Shown here one piece after another: positions 23,945-37,400 of a DNA stretch of 64,000 nucleotides. Below the pieces are notes generated by a model. That model was not told the origin of the DNA. It made no database searches and saw only the letters and a program-made list of their open reading frames with translations. The translations under genes were made by a program, and so were the position numbers. Within the stretch, counting starts at the first letter, position 1; each line of letters opens with the position of its first letter. This DNA comes from Camelus dromedarius (taxonomy: Eukaryota), in assembly GCF_036321535.1 (NCBI RefSeq), contig NC_087436.1, positions 98,148,001 through 98,212,000 on the forward strand, written 5' to 3'.

Positions 23945-25849
23945 CTCAGTTCCATATTATTTGCATACATCCCTACACACAACCTGCGACCTCTTCCAAA
24001 AATATTTTTTTCTTCTTGTTCTCAAAGATAGCTGACAGAAAGAGCTGTTTTCTTCAGACAGCTGCTACAATATGCAATATTTTTATATGAAACAATAATA
24101 CAGTAATAAGTAAAATAAAGCCAGAGTATTCAAATTCCCTAGTGTCATCCTGAAAGAAATGGTAGTAGGGTGGGTGGTGTGGAATATTTTGCCACAAAAT
24201 GTAAAGGGGACTTTTTCATTTTGAATTTTATTGGACAGTGAGTAAATCATGTTTAAAACAATAGGTTTTAATATATTATTACACGCTTTATTACCACCAC
24301 CAAAATTATTTTCTTTTTGCTTGGTAAGAAGAGCATTGCAGTATTTAATTGTTTTGCTCCATGTCACTTTCTCTTGAAATCAGAACATTTTCTACTATTT
24401 AACTTTTTACAGTTTTTCCTAGAGCTATAATTTTAAGTCAGTCAGTTAATTAAAGTGAATCAAGACACTTCAAAAAATTAACCCAGTTTTACTTCCAATA
24501 AGTCAGTATCTTATTTATTAAAAAGAGAACAAACATATCTCTAAGCCATTTTGAATAACCTGCATTTGAATAATTGCAACAGACTTGAATTGCCCCCATT
24601 TCTCACTTGTCCTAACTTCCTAGGTAGTAAAACTTGAAAATACCAAAGGAAGTAGACTTTCTTTCCTCAAACGCTTTTAAAGGTCTTATTCAATTAAATC
24701 TAAAATGGGAAACATTTTAAATATTAAAGATTCTCTTCATGTGAAAACAAAAATAATGGTAAAATGAGCTTCCAGGGTTTACATGAATCTGAGGATAGCA
24801 TCAAGAAGATGATTCTAAAACCATGGGCATGACTTTCTTTTGTAATGTAGAAAAAAATGAAAGTTCCTTTTGAGAAAAGAATTTAGTTCATTGATCCTAA
24901 CTTGTCAGCCATCTTTTGAATTCCAAGTGTAGTTATGAGAATAATGAAAACAATGGCATGACTTTGCAATTGATGAGTCAGTTGACTCTAGACTGGAACT
25001 ATGCACCTGGTGATAGCAAGAGATTTTAGTTTGTTAGGTAGAAACAAGTTCAGATGGGGTTTTACATTCATGTGCCCCAAATTGTCAGAAAGGTAATATA
25101 GTATGATATACTCTGAAGAATAACTGTGATTATTAATAAGAGTGTCATTTAGTATTTTCTAGTGTGAGTTATAATTTTAAAGAATATGGTTTGATAAGAT
25201 ATGTAATATATAGAAATACTAAAAAAATTTTATTCATTTCCAAGCAATACTGAGTCCAAATCTTCAGTGCTTGCTAATATCATAGAAAGCTGGATTCCAC
25301 CATTATCACATACCATCATAAACTGTGGATTCATCTAGTTACTGTCTTCCTGGTTTTGACTTCAACAGAATGGGAAATAGTTCTCTTTTGCTATTTCCCC
25401 ATCTTAAAGGTAATTTTAGGATTACAAAAACAACCCACTGAGGCATTTCTTCTTGTATATACTACCTCTTTCTGCAAGTCACTACCACATTGTTCTCATT
25501 CAGTTTGATCATCTCAGCTGATTGTGAAAATAATGGTGTATATTCATCCTAATCTGTGCTCAGTAAGTAGCATTTTGGAATAACTGAATGCCATTTTAGT
25601 TGAATCCTCCAAGATAGTTGTCACTTAAAAGAGGATATTTTAAACACTACAGGACAAGTTTCTAAAAGTGGCAGTCCAGCAGCATGACTGTGCAGAAGCC
25701 ATAATTTTAAGGACAGAAGCTCTGTGAACTCCCTCACACCATGGTTGGACAGTCCTCTCTCATGGGTTGTCCCAATCACTGCAGCCACCAAGCTCCATTC
25801 TTTCCCTGTAGGCTGAACTGCATCACATGTCCACAGCAGTCTGTTTGCC

Positions 25850-26830
25850 TCTCAATTTTTCTCCAGCTTTCTACTCTTTAGGGATTGACACAGGAAATCC
25901 TTCCTCTCCTCATCTAAAATCTACCCTTCCTGTATCTGTGTTATTGATGCCTCCTTTCCAACTGCCAAAAGGGACGAAAGGTTTCTCTCCTGCCAAAAGT
26001 CAGCCTGTCCACAAATGCTTTCGTTGCTTTACCCTCTCAAAGGTTTCTCTTTTTCAGATATTCTCTCCTTGGTGCTGTAGCTTCTCATGTCTGCAGTGAT
26101 TTTGCCAGTAGCTTAGAAACCTCTTTTGATGCCCACATCCCTCTAAGGCAACTGCTCCACTTCATCCATTCCCTTCATTTCTGAACTTCTTTAAAGATGG
26201 ACCAGTACATGCTGTGTCCATTTCCTGTGCTGCCCGTTCATGTTGCAGCTCCCATGTCCTCCTGCTGATAAGTCCATCACTCCATCAAGTGTGGAGTGAT
26301 TCCAAGGCAACTAATCACCTCTGTTTGGCTGTTCTACTGACTTAAATTTAGACATTAGAGCAGCCCTGAACTGAACTAACCACTTTCTGAAGAAATGACT
26401 CTTCTCTTTCATGGCTTGCTCTCTCACTCTTCAGAGATTTTCCAACCACAGTCCAAACTCCTGTAGACTTCCGCTCTCCCACTCTCTAATTGGTGTTGTT
26501 CTTCAGGACTCTGACTCTCTCCTTTCCTTCTCTCTCTGCAGGATTTTGATAACTTTGAATGCCATGTATTTGTAATGACTCCCAGATAGTGACCTTTATT
26601 TGAGATGGATAGAGATATATATCCATCTACCTACTTCACATATCTGCTTATCTACATCACAGGTATCTCACGTTTAGTGCATGCAAACTCTTTAGCACCT
26701 CTGATCTTGATTCCATGTTTTCACTTTCAGTGTCATGAACATCAACCCATTTGCTAATCTTCCAACCCAGGAAAAGATAACTTCCTTAACCCTTCTGTAT
26801 CATCTCACATTTTAAAAGCCAATTTGTAAA
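25850..26830 (+). mobile_element. LINE-2 fragment
   Basis: Pyrimidine-rich degenerate L2 body (atccatctacctacttcacatatctgcttatctacatcacaggtatctca). Confidence 0.6.
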
Positions 26831-27159
26831 ATCTTAATTAGTAATGTTAAATACATATACAAATTTAATTATGCATTGGCTCCTTTCCTTTGCTAAAGTC
26901 TACTCTAATAGGGATAGATAGTACCTGTATCTATGTAGTTCACCTCTCCCTATCCTACCAGACAGGGTAGTTGGAGCATCTTTGAGCCAGGTTCTACTCT
27001 AATTTGTTTGATTTTATTAAAGAGAATTTTTTTAAATCACCAAGAAATGGAATTGTTCAAAAGATTTCACAAATTCTGAATGAATTCCAGTTTACCTTTT
27101 GTCTACTTGCCAAATTTTTACTTTTACTTTAAGACTCATTTCAACCCATCACAAGTTAG

Positions 27160-27365
27160 GTGCCTGATTTTGAATTCCAATTCTACAAGACCCTGTGTAT
27201 GTGATCTTTGGCAAGTTACACAGTGTCTTTGTGCCTCAGTTTTCTTGTCTGTAGAAAAGAGATGGTATTAGAAAACTACCTATAATTGTTGCTTTTAGGT
27301 TTATTTATATGAAACACTCAGAAAAATTCCTCGTTGCATAGTAACCACTCAGTAAATGCAATGCT
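27160..27365 (+). mobile_element. MIR SINE
   Basis: tgtgatctttggcaagttac...ctttgtgcctcagtttcttgtctgtagaa. Confidence 0.85.
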
Positions 27366-27496
27366 GCTGATTATCCCTTTTCTTCTCCTCCTCCTCCTCA
27401 TCATTTTCATTTTTAATACTGGAATAATACATACCTCTGTTACACTACTTAATACATGGGAAGAGGGGGCATGGCTTATTTAGCTTTGTGTTCTTA

Positions 27497-27975
27497 TGTA
27501 TTAGTTCTCCATGGTTTATGTAACAATTCGACACAAACGTAGTCACCTAATCAACCCGTATTTTTGCATGCTACAGTTATGTAGGTCAGAATTCCAACAT
27601 GGAAACGCTGAGTTAAATCAAGCTGTCAGTAGGGCTTAATTCCTTACTGGAGGATCCATGAAAGAATTAATTTCTTCCCCTTTTCTAGCTCTGAAGCTTC
27701 TCACATTCATTGACTGGTGGGCCCCTCTTCCTTCTTCAAAGCCAGAAATATTGCATATTCTCTTTTTTAAAAAATTATTTCATTTTTCCCCCTCTGATTA
27801 TAGTCAGGAAGAGTTCTGTGCTTTTTTCGAATTTGTGTAATTAGCTTGGACCCACCTGGATAATCCAGGCTATTCTTCCCATTTCAAAGTCCTCAACATT
27901 TATCACATCTACAAAGTCCCTTTGGTTCAAGGGATTGAGACCGTGATATCTTTGGCAAGTCCTCGTACTGACTAC
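27497..27975 (-). mobile_element. MLT1D/E-like LTR (MaLR)
   Basis: tgtattagtt start; cagttatgtaggtcagaattccaa; ggacccacctggataatccaggc. Confidence 0.85.
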
Positions 27976-28810
27976 AATACCTATTTTCTAATATACTCAC
28001 CAACAAGGAGTCATAGATGTCATATGGAGTCATATGACGGGGGAATAAAATTACTGATAGAAACCACTTGTATTTTTGCCACATTATCTTTTTATTCTTA
28101 CAATATTGTAATCGAAAATTATTTTTGAAATTTATTTGCACTCTTTATAGCAGATTAATACTTTAAATATAGTGTAATTCTGAATGTCATGTATTTCTTT
28201 TTGATGTGCATAAATAATGTCTTTAAGGGGAGGCAGTTTAGTTCAAAAGACCATGCATTATTGAAAAATGAGTAAAATAATAAACTTTAAATATTAAATT
28301 GTCACCAATATACATTAATATTCAAAGATGTTTACAATCTCTGAATGGAATTCCAAATTTATCCTCCGTGACCAGTATTTTCTAATAGGAAGCCATCTGG
28401 AAGCCATTATGTTGTAGAGTAGGAAAGTCATAGCATTTCACAATGTTCTCACACAATGCAGAGAAGGTTTTCTTTAGGGGAAGTTAGGGTTGTTATAGTG
28501 TTAGACTCTTGGGGAGGCCATATAAGTTTTATTGTTAGTTTGTTAATACCTCTCCCTTATTTGTTTCATTGTGATTGCTACTGAGAAAGGGGTTGACTAC
28601 ATAGGAAGAGTGTACCTATATAATGAAGGCAAGAAGAGGGATGAAGATAGATTAGTAAACTAAAATAAACCGAGTTATTTATGTGTATGAAGTAGAGAAA
28701 TTGTGAAAAGATAAGACTAAAACCTGGTAAATTCTATAACCAATAGCCAAAGCAATGACAGCTTTTTGCCTGTTTTTCTTTACTCTTTTTTTTTTAATAA
28801 TATCACTTTA

Positions 28811-28950
28811 TCTTATTTTTATTTTATATTTTTGGTGGGGGGAAGGTAATTAGATTTATTCTGTTTTTTTGCTGGAGGTACTGCGGATTGAACCCAGGCC
28901 AAGCCCTTGTGCATGCTAGGCACACACCCTACCACTTGTTATCCCCTCCC
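28811..28950 (-). mobile_element. tRNA-derived SINE resembling the camelid vic-1 family
   Basis: T-rich tail, gggggaaggtaattagatttatt, ggaggtactgcggattgaacccagg (antisense B box) and gtgcatgctaggcacacaccctaccact (antisense A-box region). Confidence 0.75.
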
Positions 28951-29899
28951 CAATACACTCTTCTTAAACTTTCTAAGCATTCATGTGAAAAAAAAAAAAA
29001 AAAAAGCTTCTTTTTCCAAGTCTTAGAAACATACTGCTTTTTGTGGATATATTCATTATTCTTTAATTTTATTGAAATTTAAATGTTTCTGACATACTGA
29101 ACCTAGGTTGACATTTTCTGCTCTTTAAAAAAAATGTAAAAATAATACATGAATGCAGTCTTATTATAAAAGATTCATGAAATATATAATTATAAAGAAT
29201 AAAAATTTAAAGTATTTTAGGACCCTTGTCTAACATTTCTAACTCTCTCAGAAATAAACATAGCTAACATTTTGAAAGATGTATGTATTCACATGTACAC
29301 ACACATAATACCCAAATACTTCATTTTAATAGATTGGATCTATACTACACTATACTTTTAGAAATGTTTTAGTTTAGTTTTTCTTTTCTGTGTAGCCACT
29401 TAATAGATTTTCCCCATCAGCACATGTAGGTGTTATTCTTTCTTTTAATGACTGGCATGATTCTCGTAGTACAGAAATAACATAAAGATTTTTTCTCGTC
29501 CTCTTTTTAGGCATGTTTAAGTTGTTTCTAGCAGATGGTTATTTCACATTATGCTGTAATAATAACATTTTGCACACATTTTGATGCACAGAATATGGTT
29601 ATTCTTTGAGCATAGATTCCTAGGGAGGTGTTACTGTCAAATATGATTCTCAGTCCTACATGTTTCTAGGCCACAATGGTATTTAATGCACACAGTGAGT
29701 AATATTCTGCCCCAGTTCCTCAGTAATTACTATTTCTTTTTAGTACTGCATATGACTTTAATGTTAATTTCTCTCTATTTAAAAATTGCTGAATCTTTGT
29801 ATTTTTGTTACCATAAATGAATATATTTTACAAATTGATGTTACAGTGGCATACTTTCACTTAAACTTGAAGGGATCATCAGTTATCTTCCCTTACTGT

Positions 29900-31395
29900 C
29901 TTTATTCATTTACTGAACAATTATTTATTGAATGTCTACTATGTACCATTCTGGGGATAAAGATGTAAACAAAGCAGATAAAATGTATTGCTCTCATAGA
30001 GGTTACATTCTAGAGGGAAGGAGACAGTCAATTAAAAAAATAGCATGTAGTATGTCATATGATGATACGAACTACAAAAATTAAAATAAAACAGAAAAGA
30101 TTATGGAATATGGATGTGTGAGAGGAGGGTATGTTGCGATTTTAAATATGGAAATAAGAAAATGTTCACTTAGTGGGTGTCATTTAGGCAAAAAGCTGAG
30201 AAAATAATGCACATATGTGTAAGAAAGCTTTCCAGGCTAAGGATCCGAGACAGGATTGCACCTGATCTGTTTAAAGATCATCAGGGTGACTGATGTGACA
30301 GGAAAGAGTGAGCTGAGGGAGAGTAGTAGGCAGTGAGATTAAATGGGTAACAGGGGTAGGACCATGTACATCCTATCAGACAACAGTGAAAACTTTGGTT
30401 TTAATTATAAATCATGTGGGGAGCCAAATTTTTGAAGGGCATTGAGTAAGCAAGCGACAGCATAAATCACTTGTTTAAAGGATACTGGACTTCTGTGTTG
30501 GGGAAAAAAAAAAAGACTGTAAGAAATTAAATTATCAATAATGAGAACAAAATTAGCTTTTTGTATTTTCCTATGTATGACATAAATAATGGCAGCTATT
30601 TCCAAAATGTTAACTACACATGTGGCAACAAATATTCAGATTCTAGATATTTGGTAAAAGTAGAACTGTCCAAATGTGTTGATACATTGAAGGAAATTAA
30701 AAAAAAAAACAAAACTGGAGGAATTCCAGGATGACTTCTCTTCTTGGTGTTTCAGAATGAGCAAATGGAAACATGCAGTTGTCACTTACTAGAGAATCTG
30801 TGCAGTGCAGGAACAGAGAAATACAAATCGGTGATCACTATGTATATTTTTGAACATGTTACTTTTTAGTTTTCTGCTAGAAGTGGAAGCGTTTAGGATG
30901 CTATAAGACATTCAAGTCATGAGTATTGTCAGAAGATACACATTTGTGAAATAGATGATACTTAAATCAATGAAACTGGGTAAGTAAGTGTGAATAAAGA
31001 AGAGTGCCAAGGATTGCACTCTGGAGACGTTATTAATTTGGTTGCTAAATAGGAATAAGTAAGGGTATCTGAGGAGGAGTCAGTGAAGTAAAAAATAAAA
31101 CCAGGAGACTGCTTGAAGCCAAGTGACAAAAGGATTTCTAGGAAAAATCAAATACTTATGAAAGAAAGAGTGGGGTGAGGAGAGAGAATTGAAGATTGGA
31201 ATGAAGACATGAAAGCCACTGCTGAATTTGCAAAAACAGTTTAGGTGGATTTTGGAGTGTGAAATCCTGATTACGATAGGAGGAATAACATCATGCTTCT
31301 ATGTTGATAGGGATCATTCACTAGAAACGAAGAATATAATAATCCAAGGGAAAGGGGAGAATTAGAAAGAGACAGCTTTGAGTAGGGAAGATGTG
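29900..31395 (-). mobile_element. LINE-2 (L2a-like) ~1.5-kb 3' portion
   Basis: ttattcatttactgaacaattatttattgaatgtctactatgtacc is the antisense L2 3' end; colinear L2 motifs continue to ~31.4 kb. Confidence 0.85.
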
Positions 31396-31401
31396 ATCTA
31401 G

Positions 31402-31555
31402 TACTTTGCTGCTCAAAGCGTTATTCATGGACAGCAGCTTTGATACCACCTAAGAGCTGGGTAGCAATGTAGACTCTCAGACCTTCCCTGGGCTTACTGA
31501 GTCAGAGTCTTCATTCTAACAAGATCTCAGGTGGTTCATAGGCATTTTAAAGGCC
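31402..31555. mobile_element. MER5A1-like hAT-Charlie MITE
   Basis: gctgctcaaagcg...cacctaagagctg...tactgagtcagagtcttcattctaacaagatctcaggtggttcatagg. Confidence 0.75.
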
Positions 31556-32439
31556 ATTAAAGTGGGTTTCCTGATAAGGAAGCATAGTGTGTGGGCATCT
31601 GTGATATATCATATATTGCCAAATAAGATAACGGTAAATTATTTGATAGTATTTTAATCATAGTATGTAAATTATTCTAACATTAGTCCACAAATTAATT
31701 TTGTTTATATAGCTTATGAAAGGGGAAATGAGGAGAAATATTAACTATTACAAAGTTTTTAGTGTTGTTTTGTCTTATTGAAATAACGCATGTTGTTCTC
31801 TCTTCTTGGAGATTTATTTAATTCCACTGCATTTACTCAGAGATGACTTCCTAAACCCTCCCCTGTCCATAGACGAGTTTTCTTACAGTAACCATATGCA
31901 TTTCACTTTAGCTGCACTAATCAAAAATAGGGTGGCAAAGGTTGGGAACTGAAAGATCATGGGATACCCTGGCTTTCGTTTCTATGAGAACTTTGACATT
32001 TCTTCAAGCTGGTATGATCACATATTTTTATTTTGTATATATAGCAGGGGAAATGTTTTATTTGATAAAGAATCATATAGACATAGATTTACTTACTGAA
32101 ACACTTCTATGTGTTGAAACAAAGTTAGGAATATGGAAAGTGGCAAAATGTTGATCATAACCTCTTGTTATTTCTTTGGTAATTTTTTCTTTTGTGACTT
32201 TTCCAAATTCAATAACTTTTTACAGGGCATATTAAGGAGCATGAATTTAGATAGTTCACCTAATATTTCTGGTGTGCATTTATTCCACTGTTTCTTAAAT
32301 TTAAAATAATACTGAGTTTATATTAATGGAAACATTAAAAAAGCTTTGAAAGCACCTGTTTGAATCCTAATTATATATAGTTATAATTATAGAAATTTGC
32401 CAGTAAGATTTGTTAGATGAAATATGATAATTTTTTAAA

Positions 32440-33140
32440 CATCATCAAAATGAATAACACACACCTGTTAGAATTTCTTTAAAAAATTACACTACCAATT
32501 GATGAGCATTAAAACAATTGTAAATTTCATATATTGCTAATAGGAATTCAAAATGATATAGCCAATTATAAAATTAAATATTCACTTACCTTATCATTTA
32601 ATAATTCCAATTCAAGTTATTTACCCAAGAGAAATAAAAACATATACGTACATTGCAAAGACTCACGTGGGTGTTTATAATGGCTTTATTCATCACCATT
32701 AAATATAGGATAAAACTCAAATGTCCGTCAACTGGTGAATGGGTAAACAAATTATAATACATCTGTACGAGAGAATGAGAAAAAACAATGATTACACGCA
32801 ACAACACGGAGGTGTCTCAGAAACAAAATGCCACGTGAAATAAGTCAGACCGAAAGGGCGGTACCCTGCATAGTCCCGTTTAAATGCTCTTGTGGAAAAG
32901 GCACAACTGAAAGCACAGGAAGCGCTTAGTTGGTCAGGGGAATAGAGGTGGAGGGAAGCGGACTGACAGCAAAGATGAGCAAGGGAGCTTTCATGTGTGT
33001 GTTTGTGTGTGTCTCTACATCAAACGTGTGTGTGTGTGTATTGAATATATATACAAATAGTTATCTGAAAACTGTGCAGCTAAATGGGGTACATTTTAAT
33101 GTGTGTAAATTACACTTCAAAAAATTCTCACTTTTATAAA
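32440..33140 (+). mobile_element. Old LINE-1 (L1ME-like) 3' end
   Basis: tatttacccaagagaaataaaaacatat, aaatgtccgtcaactggtgaatgggtaaacaaatt, and terminal ttaatgtgtgtaaattacacttcaa. Confidence 0.85.
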
Positions 33141-34323
33141 AGGAAAAGTCCAATGATAAATTCTTACAGATTACTTCACTATCTCATCTTGAAAAGTTGC
33201 TGACCTGAAACTTTAAGGTAATGTGTCTACATATCCCCCCTACAAAGGTCTTCAAAAGAGATAAGTCTGGGTAAAAAGAAGTTTTTGGTCATTTTCCTGC
33301 ACAAATGCCTCAGCACTACTTGTGATTCTCAGCGTTCCTGAGGTGTGACTGTCAGAGAAAACGAGGCACATTGTATTTTATCAGTTTAGTTCAGCAGTGT
33401 TTTATGGAATCTTTCATTTCTTCATGGAACTTCCTGCAGGGCTGGCTTGGCTTCTTAATCAGCTTTAATAACAATTAAAAATATAATGTATATAAGTGCT
33501 TAGCTGAGTGCATAAGAAGTCTTGCCAGCATTTAATAAATGTTAACTATTGTTCTTATTACTGCTGTATTTTAATAATTAATTGCACAATCAATTATTTG
33601 CACAATCTAACCCATATAAAGAATATAAGCTTTGTGAGAGGAGGCACCATGGTTTATTCATGACTGCCTACATTCAGTCTAGCATGGTGCTGTGCAAAAA
33701 TGATGTTAATAAATATTTCTTGAATAAATAACTATGAATAAATATGGTCATAAACAAAGAAGTGTAAAATAATAATCGTCTTAAAATAAATTTAAATTGG
33801 ATAATAGAAAAGAGAGTAAGCCTTAAGTTCTTATTTTGCATTTGAGCCTCTTAGGAGAAAAAAAACCTAGAAAAGCATGCAGAAGAAAACTGCTAAATTG
33901 AAGTATTCACCATAAAAAAATCTTTAAAATTACTCTCTAATAAGCCACATTATTATTAGTCATAAGACATTTATACTTTTCTTAAATGAAAGAAATACTG
34001 TGTTCATTTCAAGAATTAAAATAATCCTTGAACCAATACATTTGAGTTGTCTTTTTATTAGCACTGAGAGTCTCTAAGACACCAAGGTTCATTTTTCTAA
34101 ATGGGATTTGCTTTCCTTAGCTCCTTTATCTGAGCTGGTGCCCCTGTATCATGGGGAAGGCCACTGCCTCACATAGACCTGCACATGGGAAGAGCAGGTC
34201 CATTGGCTGGATTTTCTCTGCTTATCCCAATCTTTCTGTCTATCCTTTCACCACTTGCTGGATAGGCATCTGTGGCTGAGGTCTGAAACTGTCCCTCAAT
34301 TTGGTTAGCCCATTAATCTTCCA

Positions 34324-34365
34324 GACTGTCCCAGCTTCACCCTGGACTGTCCCAGCTTCACCCTG
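34324..34365 (+). repeat. Perfect 21-bp tandem duplication (gactgtcccagcttcaccctg x2)
   Basis: Direct: 34324-34344 and 34345-34365. Confidence 0.97.
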
Positions 34366-36044
34366 GCTCCTATGGCTGAGAAGTCCCAGTCTTTTCCATA
34401 CCCTGCCTCTCACGGTGGTACACCTGCCTCATCTTGCTGCAGTGAGACCCATGATACATTCACTCGCTCTCAACTCTATGCCCACCCACTGGAGAGTGGG
34501 ACAAACTTGGGGTCAACTTTATCTGACCCCATTGTGTCCTTGGGTTGATTCATATCTACACTAAGGGCATGTACTGCGGAAGCCAGAGAGCAACTGTCTT
34601 TCCTGAATTTTAATTGGCAGGTGGGTGTATGAGAGGTTTAAATTTAACTCTTCATTCTTCAATCTCCTGAGCTGAAGCCCAAAGAGGAGAATAAAAGTGG
34701 GCCAGAAGGGTCCAATTTACAATCCTTCCTCTCTCTCCCTTTCTCTGATTTCCTCCACTCTCAGGCTCTCTAGAGGTTTCCTTTGTTGTTGTTGTTGTTG
34801 TTACCATTATTATTATTTAATTGTCATCCATCTAACGCTTATTTTGCTCATAAGGGGCAGAAATCATGGTTTCCTCATCCCCAGGAGAAGGTTTGGTGTC
34901 TAGGCAACAAGAGGATCCTAGGAGATTATTTCCAGGCTTCAGCTCCTGGCACTTTAACAGAAGTTTGTAGGTGAGGAAAGAACTGATAAAGCAATTTCAA
35001 ATATCTTCCTTCAAGATCTATCTAGGTGAGGTTATAGGTTCCCTAAAAAATTCTATTTAATGTGTTGGAAACTGAATATTATCTCTTTATTTTCCTTTAT
35101 AATCCTTCCATAGTAAACTGTATTTTTAACGCCAAGTAGAGATATTTCTGACAATGACTAGGGTAAAGGTCTTATACTGTGAAGGAGATGAGTAGGGATT
35201 TTTTTTTTTAAGCTCACAATTTTGCCTTACTACATCTGCCATATTTTCTTCGTAGCATTTATCATGTGCTATGTTATGCTACTTGTCTATACATTCACTT
35301 CTTTACTTTCTGTCTCCCCCACTGGCATGCAGGCTTCCTGAAATGTGTGTTTAACACCCCATCCCCAATGCCTGCGATTGTGCCTGGCAAAGAATAAGTC
35401 ACTTGGTTAATTTTTTTAGAATCAGTAAAAGAATGGATTATAGTAAATAGTTTTGGCAGCTTTTAACACAAATGCTAAAAAATTACAATGTGTTTCATAA
35501 TTTAAGGTAAGGTTTAAGAGACTGACAGCAGTCCTGGAATCTTAAGATTAATTTTAATTGTGTTTTTCCTTAGTCCAATGATCCTGTCAAACCCAGGGCT
35601 TAACTTACTTCATTTATTCTTTCTGTTTTTGCCATTCCCACTGCTGAAATCTCCTCTGCAGTGTGCCTTATCAACAGTCATATTTTCAACAGGGACATAG
35701 CTTCTGCATGTTGCATTCTGTGTGCCTTTCATCTTTTTACAAAATTATTTCCTTTTTCATTTATATTTCTTACATTTGTAATCTTAAAAACAGACAGTTT
35801 GATTTGATTTATGCATTACCATCTAGAATAGAAATCTGTTCTAGGCTTGAATCCCATACTAGACCACATCATATGTCACTGTCTGTCTGTTGATGGCTAT
35901 ATTTGGATCAGGTATCAAATCCCAGTCCAATGAGTGGGGCTGTGCAATGCAAAACATGGTAGACTATACAAAAATAAAAAATAACTCTCTGTAGTGCTGA
36001 GCAAAAAGAGAGCTTTATAAGAGTTATCATAAAAATCATTGACT

Positions 36045-36937
36045 TAAAAATGAAAAGACAACCTACTAAAAGGGAGAAAATATTTGCAAGTGACATGACT
36101 GATAAAGGGTTAATATCCAACATATATAAACAGCTCATATAACTCAACATCAAAAAAACAAATAATGAATATTGGCGAGGGTGTGGAGAAAAGGAAACCC
36201 TCATACACTGTTACTGGGTATGTAAATTGGTATAGCCACTGTGGAAAACAGTATGGAAATTTCTCAAAAAACTAAAAATAGAGCTACCATCTGACCCAGT
36301 AATTCCACTCCTGAGTATATAACCCCCCCTCCAAAAAAAAAAAAAAAAAAAAAAAAGAAAAAGAAAGAAAATGGTCATTTGAAAAGATACATACACCCCT
36401 ATGTTCATAGCAGCATTATTTACAATTGCCAAGATATCAAGCAAACTAAGTGTTCATCAACAGATGAATGGATAAAGATGTGGTATATATACAATGGAAT
36501 ACTACTCAGCCATAGAAAGAACAAAATTTTGCCATTTGCAGGAACATGGATGAACTTGGAAGACATTATGCTAAGTGAAATAAGTCAGAAAAAGACAATT
36601 ACTGTATGGTGTCATTCATATGTGGAATCTAAAAAGATATAATAAACTAGTGAATATGACAAAAAAGAAAGAAGATACAGAGAACAAACTAGTGGTTACC
36701 AGTGGGGAGAGGGAAAGGGAGAGGGATATAAGGGTGAGAGATTAAGAGGTACAAAGTTTTATGTATAAAATAAGCTACAAAGATGTATTGTACAATACAG
36801 GGAATAGAGCCAACATTTTATAATAACTATAGAGTATAACCTTTAAAAATTGTGAATCATATTGTACACCTGTAACTTATATAATATTGAACATTAATTA
36901 TACCTCAATAAGAAAAGAAAAAAAAGAAAAGAAAAGA
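36045..36937 (+). mobile_element. 5'-truncated LINE-1 (laurasiatherian L1MA-type) with A-rich tail
   Basis: ORF2 C-terminal motifs (gtggagaaaaggaaaccc, atgttcatagcagcattatttacaattgcc), 3' UTR and (aaaag)n tail. Confidence 0.93.
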
Positions 36938-36939
36938 AA

Positions 36940-37400
36940 TTGCTGGATATTATTTAATCAATTTTAAGAATTTTCCTGAAGTTATAAAAAATTACTTATC
37001 CATTGATTAATGTAATGCATTATATTAGTAGAATTCCTAGTGTTAAATCATTGTGACATTCTTAAGATAAACCTTACTGTAAATGAATTATTCTTTGAGT
37101 ATACTGCTGACTTCTTTTTGCTACTCTATTATTAATATATATGTGAATTTGTAAATGAGATTGTTTTTCTTTGTATTGGAAGAAACAGTCAACATAGTGT
37201 AGATTAACTTGATTTTAAAAAATTCACAGCTTTCCATCTTTTCTTCTGCCTTCGACCATATTCTAATGATAGACTATCTGCTACTTAAAGGTTTGGAAGA
37301 ACTCAACAGTGAAACTTGATGAAGATACCAAGTTGTATAGGATAACTTTTGTCCATTGCTATAATCTGTTTATTATGAGATTACTTGGTATTTATTTTGT
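36940..37400 (-). mobile_element. Ancient L1M5-like ORF2 fragment
   Basis: Degenerate antisense ORF2 (tattctttgagtatactgctg; ttaaaggtttggaagaactcaacagtgaaac). Confidence 0.55.

Noticed and set aside
26276..26300. 9-bp hairpin atcactcca...tggagtgat
   Set aside because: Short, inside an L2 relic and compatible with chance in 64 kb.
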